Shown here: positions 20,356-29,700 of the stretch, piece by piece | Layout: each line of letters starts with the position of its first letter | How positions within the stretch are numbered: position 1 is the first letter of the stretch | Assembly (NCBI GenBank): GCA_963718615.1 | Contig: OY970368.1 | Span: 3,392,001 to 3,456,000 of the forward strand | DNA from: an uncultured cyanobacterium | Lineage (GTDB): Bacteria > Cyanobacteriota > Cyanobacteriia > PCC-9006 > JAAUQQ01 | Direction: 5' to 3' | Length of the DNA stretch: 64,000 nt | Notes under the pieces: model-generated | Told to the model about the DNA's origin: nothing | What the model saw: the letters and a program-made list of their open reading frames with translations, nothing else | Database searches by the model: none | Position numbers and translations under genes: made by a program

Positions 20356-21837
20356 ATGATTAATCCTAGCCTTTCTCCCTATGTAAATGAAGCTCTAATA
20401 GCCTGTGAACAGGCTTTAGAACGACCAGAACGATGGTTTTCGTCCTGTGCCATCTTGAGTAATCTTCTGGCCAGTTCAGGGCTTAATCAAGATGCCTATC
20501 TCTGGCAAACCATGGCTCGACAAAATCAGCCCAGCCGTGTTCGCTATCATCTCCAGGCAGGTTTGTTGTATGCCCAGATTAAAAACTGGAAAGAGGCGAT
20601 CGCCCAGCATCATAAAGCCTTAGCTGTCAAGGGAAATCTGGCGATCGCCTACTTCAATTTATCCCAGATTCACCGCAGCATTGGTCAAGCGGACACGAGC
20701 ATCGAATACCTCTATCGCTTTACATCTCTGCGACCGGAGCAGCCCACAGCGGAAGAATGTGAGGCACTGGGTCAAGCGCTGGCTAAACGGGGGCAAAGCG
20801 AACGGGCGATTCAATGCTACCGTTGGGCGATCGAAAATAATCCCAAACATTGGACCGCCTATTATCGATTGGCAGATTTCTTGATCCAAGCAAATCAAGC
20901 CGATGCTGCAATTCGTTGCTATCAGCGATTGTTAACCCAAGATCATAATCAAACAGAGGCATTACAAAAGCTGGGCATGGCCTTGCTGGAGCAAAACCAA
21001 CCGGCCCAGGCAATTGATTTATTTCGGCGAGCAACGCAACTGGAACCGACGTTTGTTTGGCCCTATCTGGGTCTGGTCAAATGCTGGATGGCTTTGGAAC
21101 AATGGGAGGAGGCGATCGCCACCTGCAAAGCAACGCTGCACTTCGTGGGAGAGTTGCCCTGGGCCTATAGTCAGATGGCTAAAGCTTTTACTGCTATTGG
21201 GAATGGGGCTGAAGCCAGTTGCTGTTATCAGAAGGTCTGTGCCTTATCTCAGTGGCCCCAGGCTGAATCGCAGAACTATCAGTTTTCACGGGATACGTTT
21301 ACCCATCAAATTGAGCTTTGGTCTAAGTTGTTAGCGTCCTTAATGCAGCGGGAATCGACCTCTAAAATTCCATTAAAAGTCTTAGAAATTGGCTGTTCTG
21401 AAGGGATGATTAGCTGTTGGCTGCTGGATCAAGTGCTTGTGCGATCAACAGATCAATTAGTCTGTTTAGACCAGGATTTTTCAGCGCTATTTTTAGATAA
21501 TATTGAGCGATCGGGTGCATCAGATAAAGTGAGTTGCCATCAAGGTCCTCCGCCTCGGCTACTGGCAGAGCTGGATCAGAATGTCTATGATTTGGCCCTG
21601 ATTCAAGACCGATGCAAAAAAGCCGATCACCTCCATAAAGATGTATCTTTGACTTGGCCTCTACTCAAAGTCGGGGGCATTATGATTGTCAAAGATTACT
21701 TGTGGCCCCATCCCGAGGGCGCAATCCATTCGCCTAAGGCCGGGATTGATCGCTTTTTACAGACGATCCCTGGGGAATATAAGCTGCTCTACCAAAGCCA
21801 TCAATTAATTATTCAAAAATCTAACACGAAAATTTGA
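20356..21837 (+). CDS. TPR repeats + class I SAM-dependent methyltransferase-like (Methyltransf_24-type) domain
   Basis: TPRs; FSRDTF..I..W, VLEIGCSEG motif I, WPLLKVGGIMIVKDY, PKAGIDRFL. Confidence 0.8.
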   Translation: MINPSLSPYVNEALIACEQALERPERWFSSCAILSNLLASSGLNQDAYLWQTMARQNQPSRVRYHLQAGLLYAQIKNWKEAIAQHHKALAVKGNLAIAYFNLSQIHRSIGQADTSIEYLYRFTSLRPEQPTAEECEALGQALAKRGQSERAIQCYRWAIENNPKHWTAYYRLADFLIQANQADAAIRCYQRLLTQDHNQTEALQKLGMALLEQNQPAQAIDLFRRATQLEPTFVWPYLGLVKCWMALEQWEEAIATCKATLHFVGELPWAYSQMAKAFTAIGNGAEASCCYQKVCALSQWPQAESQNYQFSRDTFTHQIELWSKLLASLMQRESTSKIPLKVLEIGCSEGMISCWLLDQVLVRSTDQLVCLDQDFSALFLDNIERSGASDKVSCHQGPPPRLLAELDQNVYDLALIQDRCKKADHLHKDVSLTWPLLKVGGIMIVKDYLWPHPEGAIHSPKAGIDRFLQTIPGEYKLLYQSHQLIIQKSNTKI

Positions 21838-23942
21838 TGTCCAAAACCATATTGACCGAGGCTTTATCTTCAGCCCCGTCTTCAGCCCAGTCTTCAGTTC
21901 AACAAACTCAGTCGATGGCAATGATTGCTGACTCTTTACAAGAGGCTCAGACTGCCTGTGAGCAGCAGCAGTGGTCGGTGCTGATCGTCACTTGTCAGAC
22001 GATTATTGACCATTGTAATCAACATCTTTTGGTGACTGCTGCTCAAGCTTCAGAGGCTAAAGCTTTAGAGACGGTTACGGAGAACGTAGGAGAAGGTTTA
22101 GCGCAACATTCGATTCAAGATTCAATAGAAAATTCAGTCCCACAGACTCTTCAAGCATCTTCGTCTCAGCCATCTGATCATTCATCGGAACTAAAGCTGA
22201 GCAATCTGGAACGAGTTCAGATTGAAATGTATGATGCCAAAGGGGATGTTTTAAGTCAGCAAGGAGACTTGTCCTCCGCTCAGGCAGCCTATCGTGCGGC
22301 GCTGGTGCTTCAGCCTAACCTACCCTGGGTGATTGCAAAACTGGGTCGAATTTATGAACGAACTGAACAATGGCGGGAAGCGATCGCCCTCTATCAACAA
22401 GCGATTGAACATCAGCCCCAACAACCCCAGTTTTATCTACGACTGGCTCAAGTACTGCGTCGCACCAACCAGGGAGCAGCGGCCATTGAAGCCCAATATA
22501 CGGCTCTCAAACTCAATCCGAAATTGGCCAATGCTACTGGACATTATGCAGTGGGCAATGGGTTGCTACAGTTGTCTAAGCCTTCAGAGGCGATCGCCTG
22601 CTATCTGCAAGCGCTTGCCTTCGCGCCCCAGGAAGCCACCTATGCCTTGGCGATCGCGGATGTTTGGCTGGCTCAGCAACAGTGGTCCACCGCAGAGCCC
22701 TACTACCGTCGAGCGATTAGTCTAGATAAAACTTTGGCGAAGGCCCATGAGGGGTTGGGGTTGTGTTTCAATCATTTGGGCCAGGAGGAGGAAGCCGAAC
22801 GCTGTTTTTTGAAGGCGATCGCCCTCAGTCCAACAACGACGCTGGAGGCTTATCTGGCATTGAGCCAATCCTGCAAGCAAAGACGGGAGCTTAACCTAGC
22901 GGCCCATTATGCCATGCAAGCCTTGATGATCCATCCGAATGCCTCGGAGCCCTATGTTTGGTTGCGCTACAACTTTTTGCGCTATGAGGCGGTTCCGGGA
23001 TCGGAGATCATGGCAGAAATTGTGGCATCCTGTCGGCAAATCTTGGCGAAGAATGGAGGTTGGGTGAAGATCAACAGTTTGCTGGGCTATGCGTTGACAA
23101 AGCAGGGGTTGGGGGGAGAGGCGATCGCCCATTTCCAGGAGGCAAGCCGCCGCAAGTCCCGCATTATGAAGCCGCAAATTGCAGATACGCTCTGGCAATC
23201 TGCTCTGCCGAGTCAGCCGAGTTTCATCATTTTGGGTGGGTTCAAATGTGCGACGACTTCGCTCTATCAATATTTAACGGCTCATCCGCAGATTGTACCG
23301 GCCTTGGAGAAGGAGCTGGATTTCTTTGACCGTGAATTTGAGCAGGGTTTGGATTGGTATCTTTCGCATTTTCCGGCGTTGCCTGAGAATATGGGCTTAA
23401 TGACGGGAGAAGCGACGCCAAATTATTTATATTGTGAGGCTGCGCCGGAGCGAATTCAAAAGAGTTTGCCCACGACAAAGCTGATTGTAGTGTTGCGGGA
23501 TCCGATCGAACGAGCGCTTTCCCATTACTACTTTTTGCCGAAGAACGATCGCAGACCGGAGGCGATTGAGTCGGTTTTGATACGGGAGTTGCAGCAGTTA
23601 GAAACCGCCTTTGCAAAATCCGCTGAGCCGTGGGAGGTCATGGGGCACTGTGCCTACTTGGGGAATGGTCTCTATTTTTACTATTTACAACGCTGGCTGC
23701 ACTATTTCCCTCGGGAGCAGTTGCTGATTGTGCCGATGAATGCGCTGGAACATCGACCCGTGGAAACGATGGGGCGGGTGTTTGATTATTTGGGACTGTC
23801 TAATTACCCGTTGCCGGAGTATCAGCGGCACAAAGCAAGGGAGTATCCCAAAATTTCGTCGGCGTTGGAGGAGCAGTTGCGCGCGTTTTTTGAACCCTAT
23901 AATCGTCAGTTAAATGCATTAGGAATGGATTGGGATCAGTAG
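21837..23942 (+). CDS. TPR repeats + PAPS-dependent sulfotransferase domain
   Basis: TGATG stop/start overlap with the upstream gene; 5'-PSB motif GGFKCATTSL, KELDFF, GEATPNY, 3'-PB motif LRDPIERALSHY, FFEPYN. Confidence 0.9.
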   Translation: MSKTILTEALSSAPSSAQSSVQQTQSMAMIADSLQEAQTACEQQQWSVLIVTCQTIIDHCNQHLLVTAAQASEAKALETVTENVGEGLAQHSIQDSIENSVPQTLQASSSQPSDHSSELKLSNLERVQIEMYDAKGDVLSQQGDLSSAQAAYRAALVLQPNLPWVIAKLGRIYERTEQWREAIALYQQAIEHQPQQPQFYLRLAQVLRRTNQGAAAIEAQYTALKLNPKLANATGHYAVGNGLLQLSKPSEAIACYLQALAFAPQEATYALAIADVWLAQQQWSTAEPYYRRAISLDKTLAKAHEGLGLCFNHLGQEEEAERCFLKAIALSPTTTLEAYLALSQSCKQRRELNLAAHYAMQALMIHPNASEPYVWLRYNFLRYEAVPGSEIMAEIVASCRQILAKNGGWVKINSLLGYALTKQGLGGEAIAHFQEASRRKSRIMKPQIADTLWQSALPSQPSFIILGGFKCATTSLYQYLTAHPQIVPALEKELDFFDREFEQGLDWYLSHFPALPENMGLMTGEATPNYLYCEAAPERIQKSLPTTKLIVVLRDPIERALSHYYFLPKNDRRPEAIESVLIRELQQLETAFAKSAEPWEVMGHCAYLGNGLYFYYLQRWLHYFPREQLLIVPMNALEHRPVETMGRVFDYLGLSNYPLPEYQRHKAREYPKISSALEEQLRAFFEPYNRQLNALGMDWDQ

Positions 23943-23988
23943 GGGCTAAAGGCTAAAAACTCAAGCGCTCTACTGAGGGGCTAAAAGT

Positions 23989-24029
23989 AAAATCCGCCTG
24001 TGCAAAGGATGAGAGCAGAGGCGGATTTT
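23989..24029. terminator. Probable bidirectional terminator between convergent genes
   Basis: AAAATCCGCCTGTGC / GCAGAGGCGGATTTT inverted repeat, one mismatch. Confidence 0.65.
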
Positions 24030-24077
24030 GTGGATTGTTTTGTTGACTGTTTTGTGGATTGCCTGGATAGGGGGAAT

Positions 24078-25151
24078 TTAGGCGACCATCGCCCCCACCT
24101 CAACCTCGGGCAAGGTCTCCGCAACTTCCAGCAGGCGCTTGGCAACGCAGCGGGGCAGTTGGCGTTTGCTGCTGACGCGGGGGAAGCTCATGGGCAAAAG
24201 CGAGAGGATGTTGTGGTTGGGGTAGAGGGTTTCGTATTCGTCGCCGTTGTCGAAGGTTTCCCGACCTTGGTTTTGGGGCAGGTAGCTTTCGGCGTAGGTG
24301 CCTTCGGCGATCAGCAGGCTGTGGTTTTCGAGTTCGATGTGGTAGTAGGTGAAGGTTTCTTCGGGTTGGGTGGCGAGGATGGAAACCCCGTTTTCTAGGG
24401 CTCCGGCGTTGATCAGCAGACCGTCGACGAGGAGGGCGTGGTCGGGGGAGACGAAGAGGTCGCGGGTGGGGAGGTTGTCGCCGAGGGCTCCGGCTTTGAT
24501 TTGGATGGGGAGGGAGCGGAAGGGGTGGTGAGGGGCTTTGGGATTGACGGTTTGGTGGCCAATCCATTTGATGGTAACGAGATCGCCTTGAGCGGTTTGG
24601 ACTAGGTCTCCAATTTCCAAAGTTTCAACCGCAACCTCGTCTTGCTGTGTCAAGAGAAGAGTTCCCGTGAGGAAACACTCATTGATTGCACCAGGAGTAG
24701 CCGCAGCAACAGAAAAATTATCGCCACCATCCGGAAGCCGCTGAATGGAGAGCCCATCTTGATCGCTACCAAAATCATCAACTTCAGTAATGCCAATCAG
24801 GTCATTTGGGTCTTGCCCTCCGTTGTAGATCGCAGCAATGGAGTTACCCTGAGTATCGGTCAGAATCACTTCATCTCCAGTATCATTCAGTGAGGAACTG
24901 AAGCCTGTTTCTGCCAGATAGTATTCACCCGGCTGGAGAATCGTGTTTGCTGGAACAGTGTGATTAGCACCGTCCCCGTCATCCAGGGTCCAGCCACTGA
25001 TATCTACAGGTAAATTACTACTGTTGTATAGCTCAACAAATTCATCAGCCGCGCTGACTTGACCATCTCCATTAACGTCAACTTCCTGTGTCCCACCCGT
25101 GGGATCGGCCAGAATTTCGTTGATTACAATGCCTTGCAGATTGGCAGCCAT
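24078..25151 (-). CDS. Lamin-tail-domain + Hint (bacterial intein-like, Hint_2) protein
   Basis: IVINEILADP..DEFVELYN..VDISGWTL (LTD); CFLTGT at residue 159, VETLEIGDLV, DLFVSPDH, YYHIELENH..AEG..AESY. Confidence 0.88.
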   Translation of the reverse strand: MAANLQGIVINEILADPTGGTQEVDVNGDGQVSAADEFVELYNSSNLPVDISGWTLDDGDGANHTVPANTILQPGEYYLAETGFSSSLNDTGDEVILTDTQGNSIAAIYNGGQDPNDLIGITEVDDFGSDQDGLSIQRLPDGGDNFSVAAATPGAINECFLTGTLLLTQQDEVAVETLEIGDLVQTAQGDLVTIKWIGHQTVNPKAPHHPFRSLPIQIKAGALGDNLPTRDLFVSPDHALLVDGLLINAGALENGVSILATQPEETFTYYHIELENHSLLIAEGTYAESYLPQNQGRETFDNGDEYETLYPNHNILSLLPMSFPRVSSKRQLPRCVAKRLLEVAETLPEVEVGAMVA

Positions 25152-25598
25152 CTTTTGTACTCCGAGTCTTGAATAGGGGAATCTTCAAAGACCCTGACTC
25201 TGCGACCGTATTTAGTGAAGGTCAAGGGGGCGTCCATTAAGCGATCCCATGACTCCTACTGCTACAGCCGCTAGTCCTATAATTCCCCTAACACTTACAA
25301 AACTCTCTATTGAACTAAAAATTTGGTATAGCTGATTGTGGGTATGAATTCTGTAGGGACGTGGGCGATCGCCACAAATCCATAAAAAACGGAAAAAGCT
25401 GCCCACCCTTGAAAATGAGTGAACAGCTCAAAGAGCGTTTAGGGTTAATGATGGATCAAGTCTGAGACGCTATAACTAATGACTCTAGGCCAGTTGCAAT
25501 GCCTGCTCCGGCATCAGCGTTTCAGCGACTTCCAGCAACTGCTTCTGCACAAAACGAGGCAGTTGGCGTTTGCTGCTGACGCGGGGGAAGCTCATGGG
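24154..25598. repeat. Identical 41-bp direct repeat at 24154-24194 and 25558-25598, in the 3' ends of the two Hint genes
   Basis: GGCAGTTGGCGTTTGCTGCTGACGCGGGGGAAGCTCATGGG in both copies; encodes PMSFPRVSSKRQLP. Confidence 0.9.
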
Positions 25599-26510
25599 GA
25601 TGTGGATCTTGCGGCTATCGTCGGGATAGAGCGCTTCAAATTCTTCAACGTTGTCGAAGTTTTCGCGATCGTAGGTATTCGGCAAATAGCTTTCCGTGGG
25701 CGCACCCTCAGCTACGATCAGGCTATGCTGCTCTAGCTCAACGTGGTAATAGACAAAGGTTTCATCGGTGGGTGGGGTTTGCACAATCGAAATGCCGTTG
25801 GCCAGCGCACCTGCGTTGATCAACAAACCGTTGAAAAACATGGCATGGTCTGGGGAGACGCATAGATCCCGATGGGGCAAGCCATTGCCGAGGGAACCGG
25901 CTTTGATTTGCACGGGGTAGGACCGGAGAGGGTGGAGGTTGGCGGTGGCGATGGTTTCAATGCCAATCCATTTGATGGGAGCAAGTTCGCCGTCGCCGGT
26001 ACGAACCAAATCACCGATTTTCAGCGTTTCAACTGGTTTTTCGCCCTCAGCGGTGAGGATATGGGTGCCTGCGAGGAAGCAAACGACAGGTGTAGCATTG
26101 GCATATGTATCGTTAACAGCATCCCAAGTATTAGCAGGATCGCCACCGCCATTGCTGTAGGTTTCACTAACGGGATCCAAACTAGGGATCGTAATGGTAA
26201 CGGTACGACTAGTATCATTGCCTCCCGTGGGTAGATTAGTCCAGCCTGGTACTGGAATTGCGGTACTACCGGAAGAACCAGAAAAAGATAAGCCGCTTTG
26301 ATAGAAAACGGCGAACTCGCCAGGGTCAAGACTGACACTAGTACTAACCGTAACTGTTGTGCCGCCTAAATTGATCTGAGTATTATTGAGAGAAATGGAA
26401 TTAGAACCACTATTTTGAATTTCAACCCACTGAGCTGTGTCATTTCCAGTATTAGCTGGCTTAGGTTCAATCTCAGTAATTAGAATTGCTTCGGGACTTG
26501 GAATTGTCAT
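25485..26510 (-). CDS. LTD-like + Hint (Hint_2) protein, paralogue of the adjacent gene
   Basis: ILITEIEPKP..WVEIQN; CFLAGT at residue 144, VETLKIGDLV, DLCVSPDH, YYHVELEQH..AEGAPTESY. Confidence 0.88.
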   Translation of the reverse strand: MTIPSPEAILITEIEPKPANTGNDTAQWVEIQNSGSNSISLNNTQINLGGTTVTVSTSVSLDPGEFAVFYQSGLSFSGSSGSTAIPVPGWTNLPTGGNDTSRTVTITIPSLDPVSETYSNGGGDPANTWDAVNDTYANATPVVCFLAGTHILTAEGEKPVETLKIGDLVRTGDGELAPIKWIGIETIATANLHPLRSYPVQIKAGSLGNGLPHRDLCVSPDHAMFFNGLLINAGALANGISIVQTPPTDETFVYYHVELEQHSLIVAEGAPTESYLPNTYDRENFDNVEEFEALYPDDSRKIHIPMSFPRVSSKRQLPRFVQKQLLEVAETLMPEQALQLA

Positions 26511-27023
26511 TAAGTCTCAACGTTCCATAAATAAAGAGTCATTGTCAAACAAGGCTCACTTGTTCAGACAACTAGAAACATGCACCATAGCCACTCAGAC
26601 CCATGGATCTGAGGCAATTGCTTTATTTTGGTAGAGAACCCTACTCACTAGAACCTGACGATCTATCTCTTCAATGCATTTTCTTTCTTTAGAGTCTTAG
26701 TGCAAGCAGCCCCATAGGCACTAGTTATCAAAGCACATTGAATGTGATTTATATTACACTTTAATCTCTCGACAAAGACAAGAGTAGACAGTCCGTCTTT
26801 AATAGAACTTCATCAAATATTGACCGCAAAAAATAATGGCCATAAATTTGTCATGCTTAACTTTAGAGGATTAAGACAGATAAAATGACCTTTAGGGAAC
26901 AAGAGACATGAGAGACCGGTAAATCCAGAAAGTCCATTTAGTGCCTTGTCACACATAAAACTAGTTGGACTTTATGTCGGAAGGTTACTCTTTCTATCTT
27001 GTATCAATATTGCCAGTATGTAC

Positions 27024-29387
27024 CTAGAGCGTTTCCGCCACCTCCGCCGGAACCGGCGGCGAGAACAGAAAACCCTGCCCATAATCACACCCCAACGCTC
27101 GCAACAAACGAAGCTGTTCCCTGGTTTCAATGCCCTCCGCGATCGCCACCAACCCCAACCCCTGACACAACCGCACAATCGCCTCCGTAATCTGATGCTG
27201 CGGCCCCCCCAACTGCTGCACAAACGCCCGATCAATCTTCAGTACATCCACCGGAAAACGATGTAAATAGCTCAGAGAAGAATAACCCGTCCCAAAATCA
27301 TCCAAACTGATCTGAACGCCCAACCCCCGCAACGCCTCCAGACGCTCCGTCACCACCCGCGCCGAATCCATCAACACCGTCTCCGTAATCTCAAGCTTAA
27401 GCTGCTCAGCCGGAAACCCCGTCTCCCGCAAAACAGCCCGCACCGTCTCCACAAAATCCGGCTGCAAAAACTGACGACTCGACACATTCACACTCATCAA
27501 AATCGGCTCATGCTTTTCCCCTTGCCAAGTCGCCGCCTGCCGACAAGCAGACCGCAAAACCCACAAGCCAATCGGCACAATCAAACCCGTCTCCTCCGCC
27601 ACCGGAATAAACTCAAGCGGTGAAATCAGGCCCTCTTGGGGATGTTGCCAACGCACCAACGCCTCAAACCCCACAATCTTTTCCGTGGCGATCGCCACAA
27701 CCGGTTGATAATACACCCGAAACGGACTCGCCTCCCCCCGAGCCACTTGCTGCACCGCACACCGAAGCTCCGTTTCCAGCTTGAGCCGCGATCGCACCGA
27801 ATCATGCATATCCGGGTCAAACACCATAATGTGGGAGTGGCCCTCCGCCTTGGCGCGATACATGGCAATATCCGCATCCCGCAACATTTCCGTTGCCTGT
27901 TGATAGAGACCCGGTCCCTCCGTCATGCCAATGCTAACCGACGCAAAAATTTCTCGATCCTCGATCGAAAAGGGTAAAATCAGTTGCTTCCGCAAGCGTT
28001 CAGCCAAGGCAATCAGGGGCTCTGGGGCAGACCGGCGATCGCACAAAATCGCAAACTCATCTCCCCCCAACCGCGCAAAACAATCCGTCGGAGCCAGACA
28101 GGGCCGAAGTCGCTCGGCAATCGCCACCAATAGCTGATCCCCCACCCCATGGCCCCAACTATCATTCACCAGCTTGAAATCATCCAAATCTAAATAGAGC
28201 ACCGCAAACGGCGGCGTTGTGGCTTCCTCCAAGCGAGTCGCCTCCAAATGGGCCACCTCTAAATGGCGTTGCAGAATCTCGACAAAAGCAGCCCGGTTAT
28301 AGAGACCGGTTAATCGATCCTGTTGTGCTTGGGTGCGGAGGGTGATGAGATTGCGGTGATTTTCGGTGGCGATCGCCGCCAGATGGGTCGCCGTCATGAT
28401 CACCTGAGCATGGTAGGGCAGCGGCTGACAAGGTGCATGGTGAGAGAGCGCAAAGCTTCCCAGGGCCTGACCCGACTGGCTAAAAAAAGGTGTGGCCCAA
28501 CAGGCTTGGATATTATGGCTCAGGGCGAAATCCCGAAACGGCAGCCATAGGGGATCCGTCGCAATATTCTCCACAAACACCGGTTCCCGACGATAGAGCG
28601 CTGTCCCGCAGGAGGCAACCCCTTCGCCGATCGTCAACCCCTCTACCGCTTTTCCCCAGGCTTCGGGAAAGTGGGGAGCCGCCACTGGCTGCATTTTGGT
28701 GCCCGATTCGTCCAGCAGCATAATTGAGCACAGAGCGCTGGGGGTTTGTTCTTCGATCAACAAACAGAGACTGGTGAGAACCTCTGCCAGGGGGGCACCG
28801 AGGGCAAGCTGTTCGAGCACTGCACTTTGGGCACGCAGTAAGCCCTCGGACCGATGACGTTCCATTGCCATTGCCAACAGATGGGCAATCGATTGCAGAA
28901 ATTGTAGATCGTCCCGTTGAAAGGGCCGATGGGCCACAGTGTGGAGTTCTAGGAGCGCCAGGGGCTGGCTGGCCGGAAAGGCAAAGAGTAACGTCTGTGT
29001 GCTGTCCGAGGGGGGAGACAAAGTTTGCCAAAAGGCGGATGGCAGTTGTGCCGATAGACCCAGCCACAGGGGGTTCGTCCCTCGCAGCAGCGCTTCGCTC
29101 CAATTGTGATGGGCCGTCAGCGGCAAGACTCGGTTCGGCGGGGGCGGAAAGGCGGGGGTGCTGCTGCTGAGCCAAAGACTGCGATCGGACCGCAATTGCC
29201 AAAGTCGACAATGGGAGATGCCCAGGGCCTCTGCAATTTCCTGAACGGCCTCCTGGTACAGCTCGCTGAGGGAAGTGCTGGCGATCGCCCCTTGTCCCAA
29301 CTGATTCAAGGCTTGATATTGCCGTGCATGCTGGAAGTACAACAGCGGCGTGGGACCAGAACTCGGCGAGGGATGAGTCAGTTGCAT
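27024..29387 (-). CDS. GAF-GAF-GGDEF-EAL diguanylate cyclase/phosphodiesterase
   Basis: [49 protein letters not shown]. Confidence 0.95.
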   Translation of the reverse strand: MQLTHPSPSSGPTPLLYFQHARQYQALNQLGQGAIASTSLSELYQEAVQEIAEALGISHCRLWQLRSDRSLWLSSSTPAFPPPPNRVLPLTAHHNWSEALLRGTNPLWLGLSAQLPSAFWQTLSPPSDSTQTLLFAFPASQPLALLELHTVAHRPFQRDDLQFLQSIAHLLAMAMERHRSEGLLRAQSAVLEQLALGAPLAEVLTSLCLLIEEQTPSALCSIMLLDESGTKMQPVAAPHFPEAWGKAVEGLTIGEGVASCGTALYRREPVFVENIATDPLWLPFRDFALSHNIQACWATPFFSQSGQALGSFALSHHAPCQPLPYHAQVIMTATHLAAIATENHRNLITLRTQAQQDRLTGLYNRAAFVEILQRHLEVAHLEATRLEEATTPPFAVLYLDLDDFKLVNDSWGHGVGDQLLVAIAERLRPCLAPTDCFARLGGDEFAILCDRRSAPEPLIALAERLRKQLILPFSIEDREIFASVSIGMTEGPGLYQQATEMLRDADIAMYRAKAEGHSHIMVFDPDMHDSVRSRLKLETELRCAVQQVARGEASPFRVYYQPVVAIATEKIVGFEALVRWQHPQEGLISPLEFIPVAEETGLIVPIGLWVLRSACRQAATWQGEKHEPILMSVNVSSRQFLQPDFVETVRAVLRETGFPAEQLKLEITETVLMDSARVVTERLEALRGLGVQISLDDFGTGYSSLSYLHRFPVDVLKIDRAFVQQLGGPQHQITEAIVRLCQGLGLVAIAEGIETREQLRLLRALGCDYGQGFLFSPPVPAEVAETL

Positions 29388-29700
29388 AGCGGTTTAAGCG
29401 AAGTGGACCATTCGGGGATGGTGGGGGATGGTTCATGGGCGAACGCAACGAGTCTCCGATTCAGCCGCCTCATCTCAACCACGGTAAATTAACTCTATAT
29501 CATAAAAAACAGCGTTTCTAATGATGCGTATTCTGTATCTTCTTCCGAGAAAATACCGGTTCCCATGGATTTTCTAGAGATTTGGAACTACCCGTGGAGG
29601 GAGATTAGAGGTAAATTGACCAAGCTGAACGATTTTCCCGAAATCTCTGCCTTAGGATGAGGTCCATCCCTATTAGGGCGTTTTAAGGAGTAAATTGGGT

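Noticed and set aside
24078-26510. Mobile inteins
   Set aside because: No C-terminal His-Asn/Cys junction, no homing endonuclease and no conserved host protein; these are BIL-type Hint domains.
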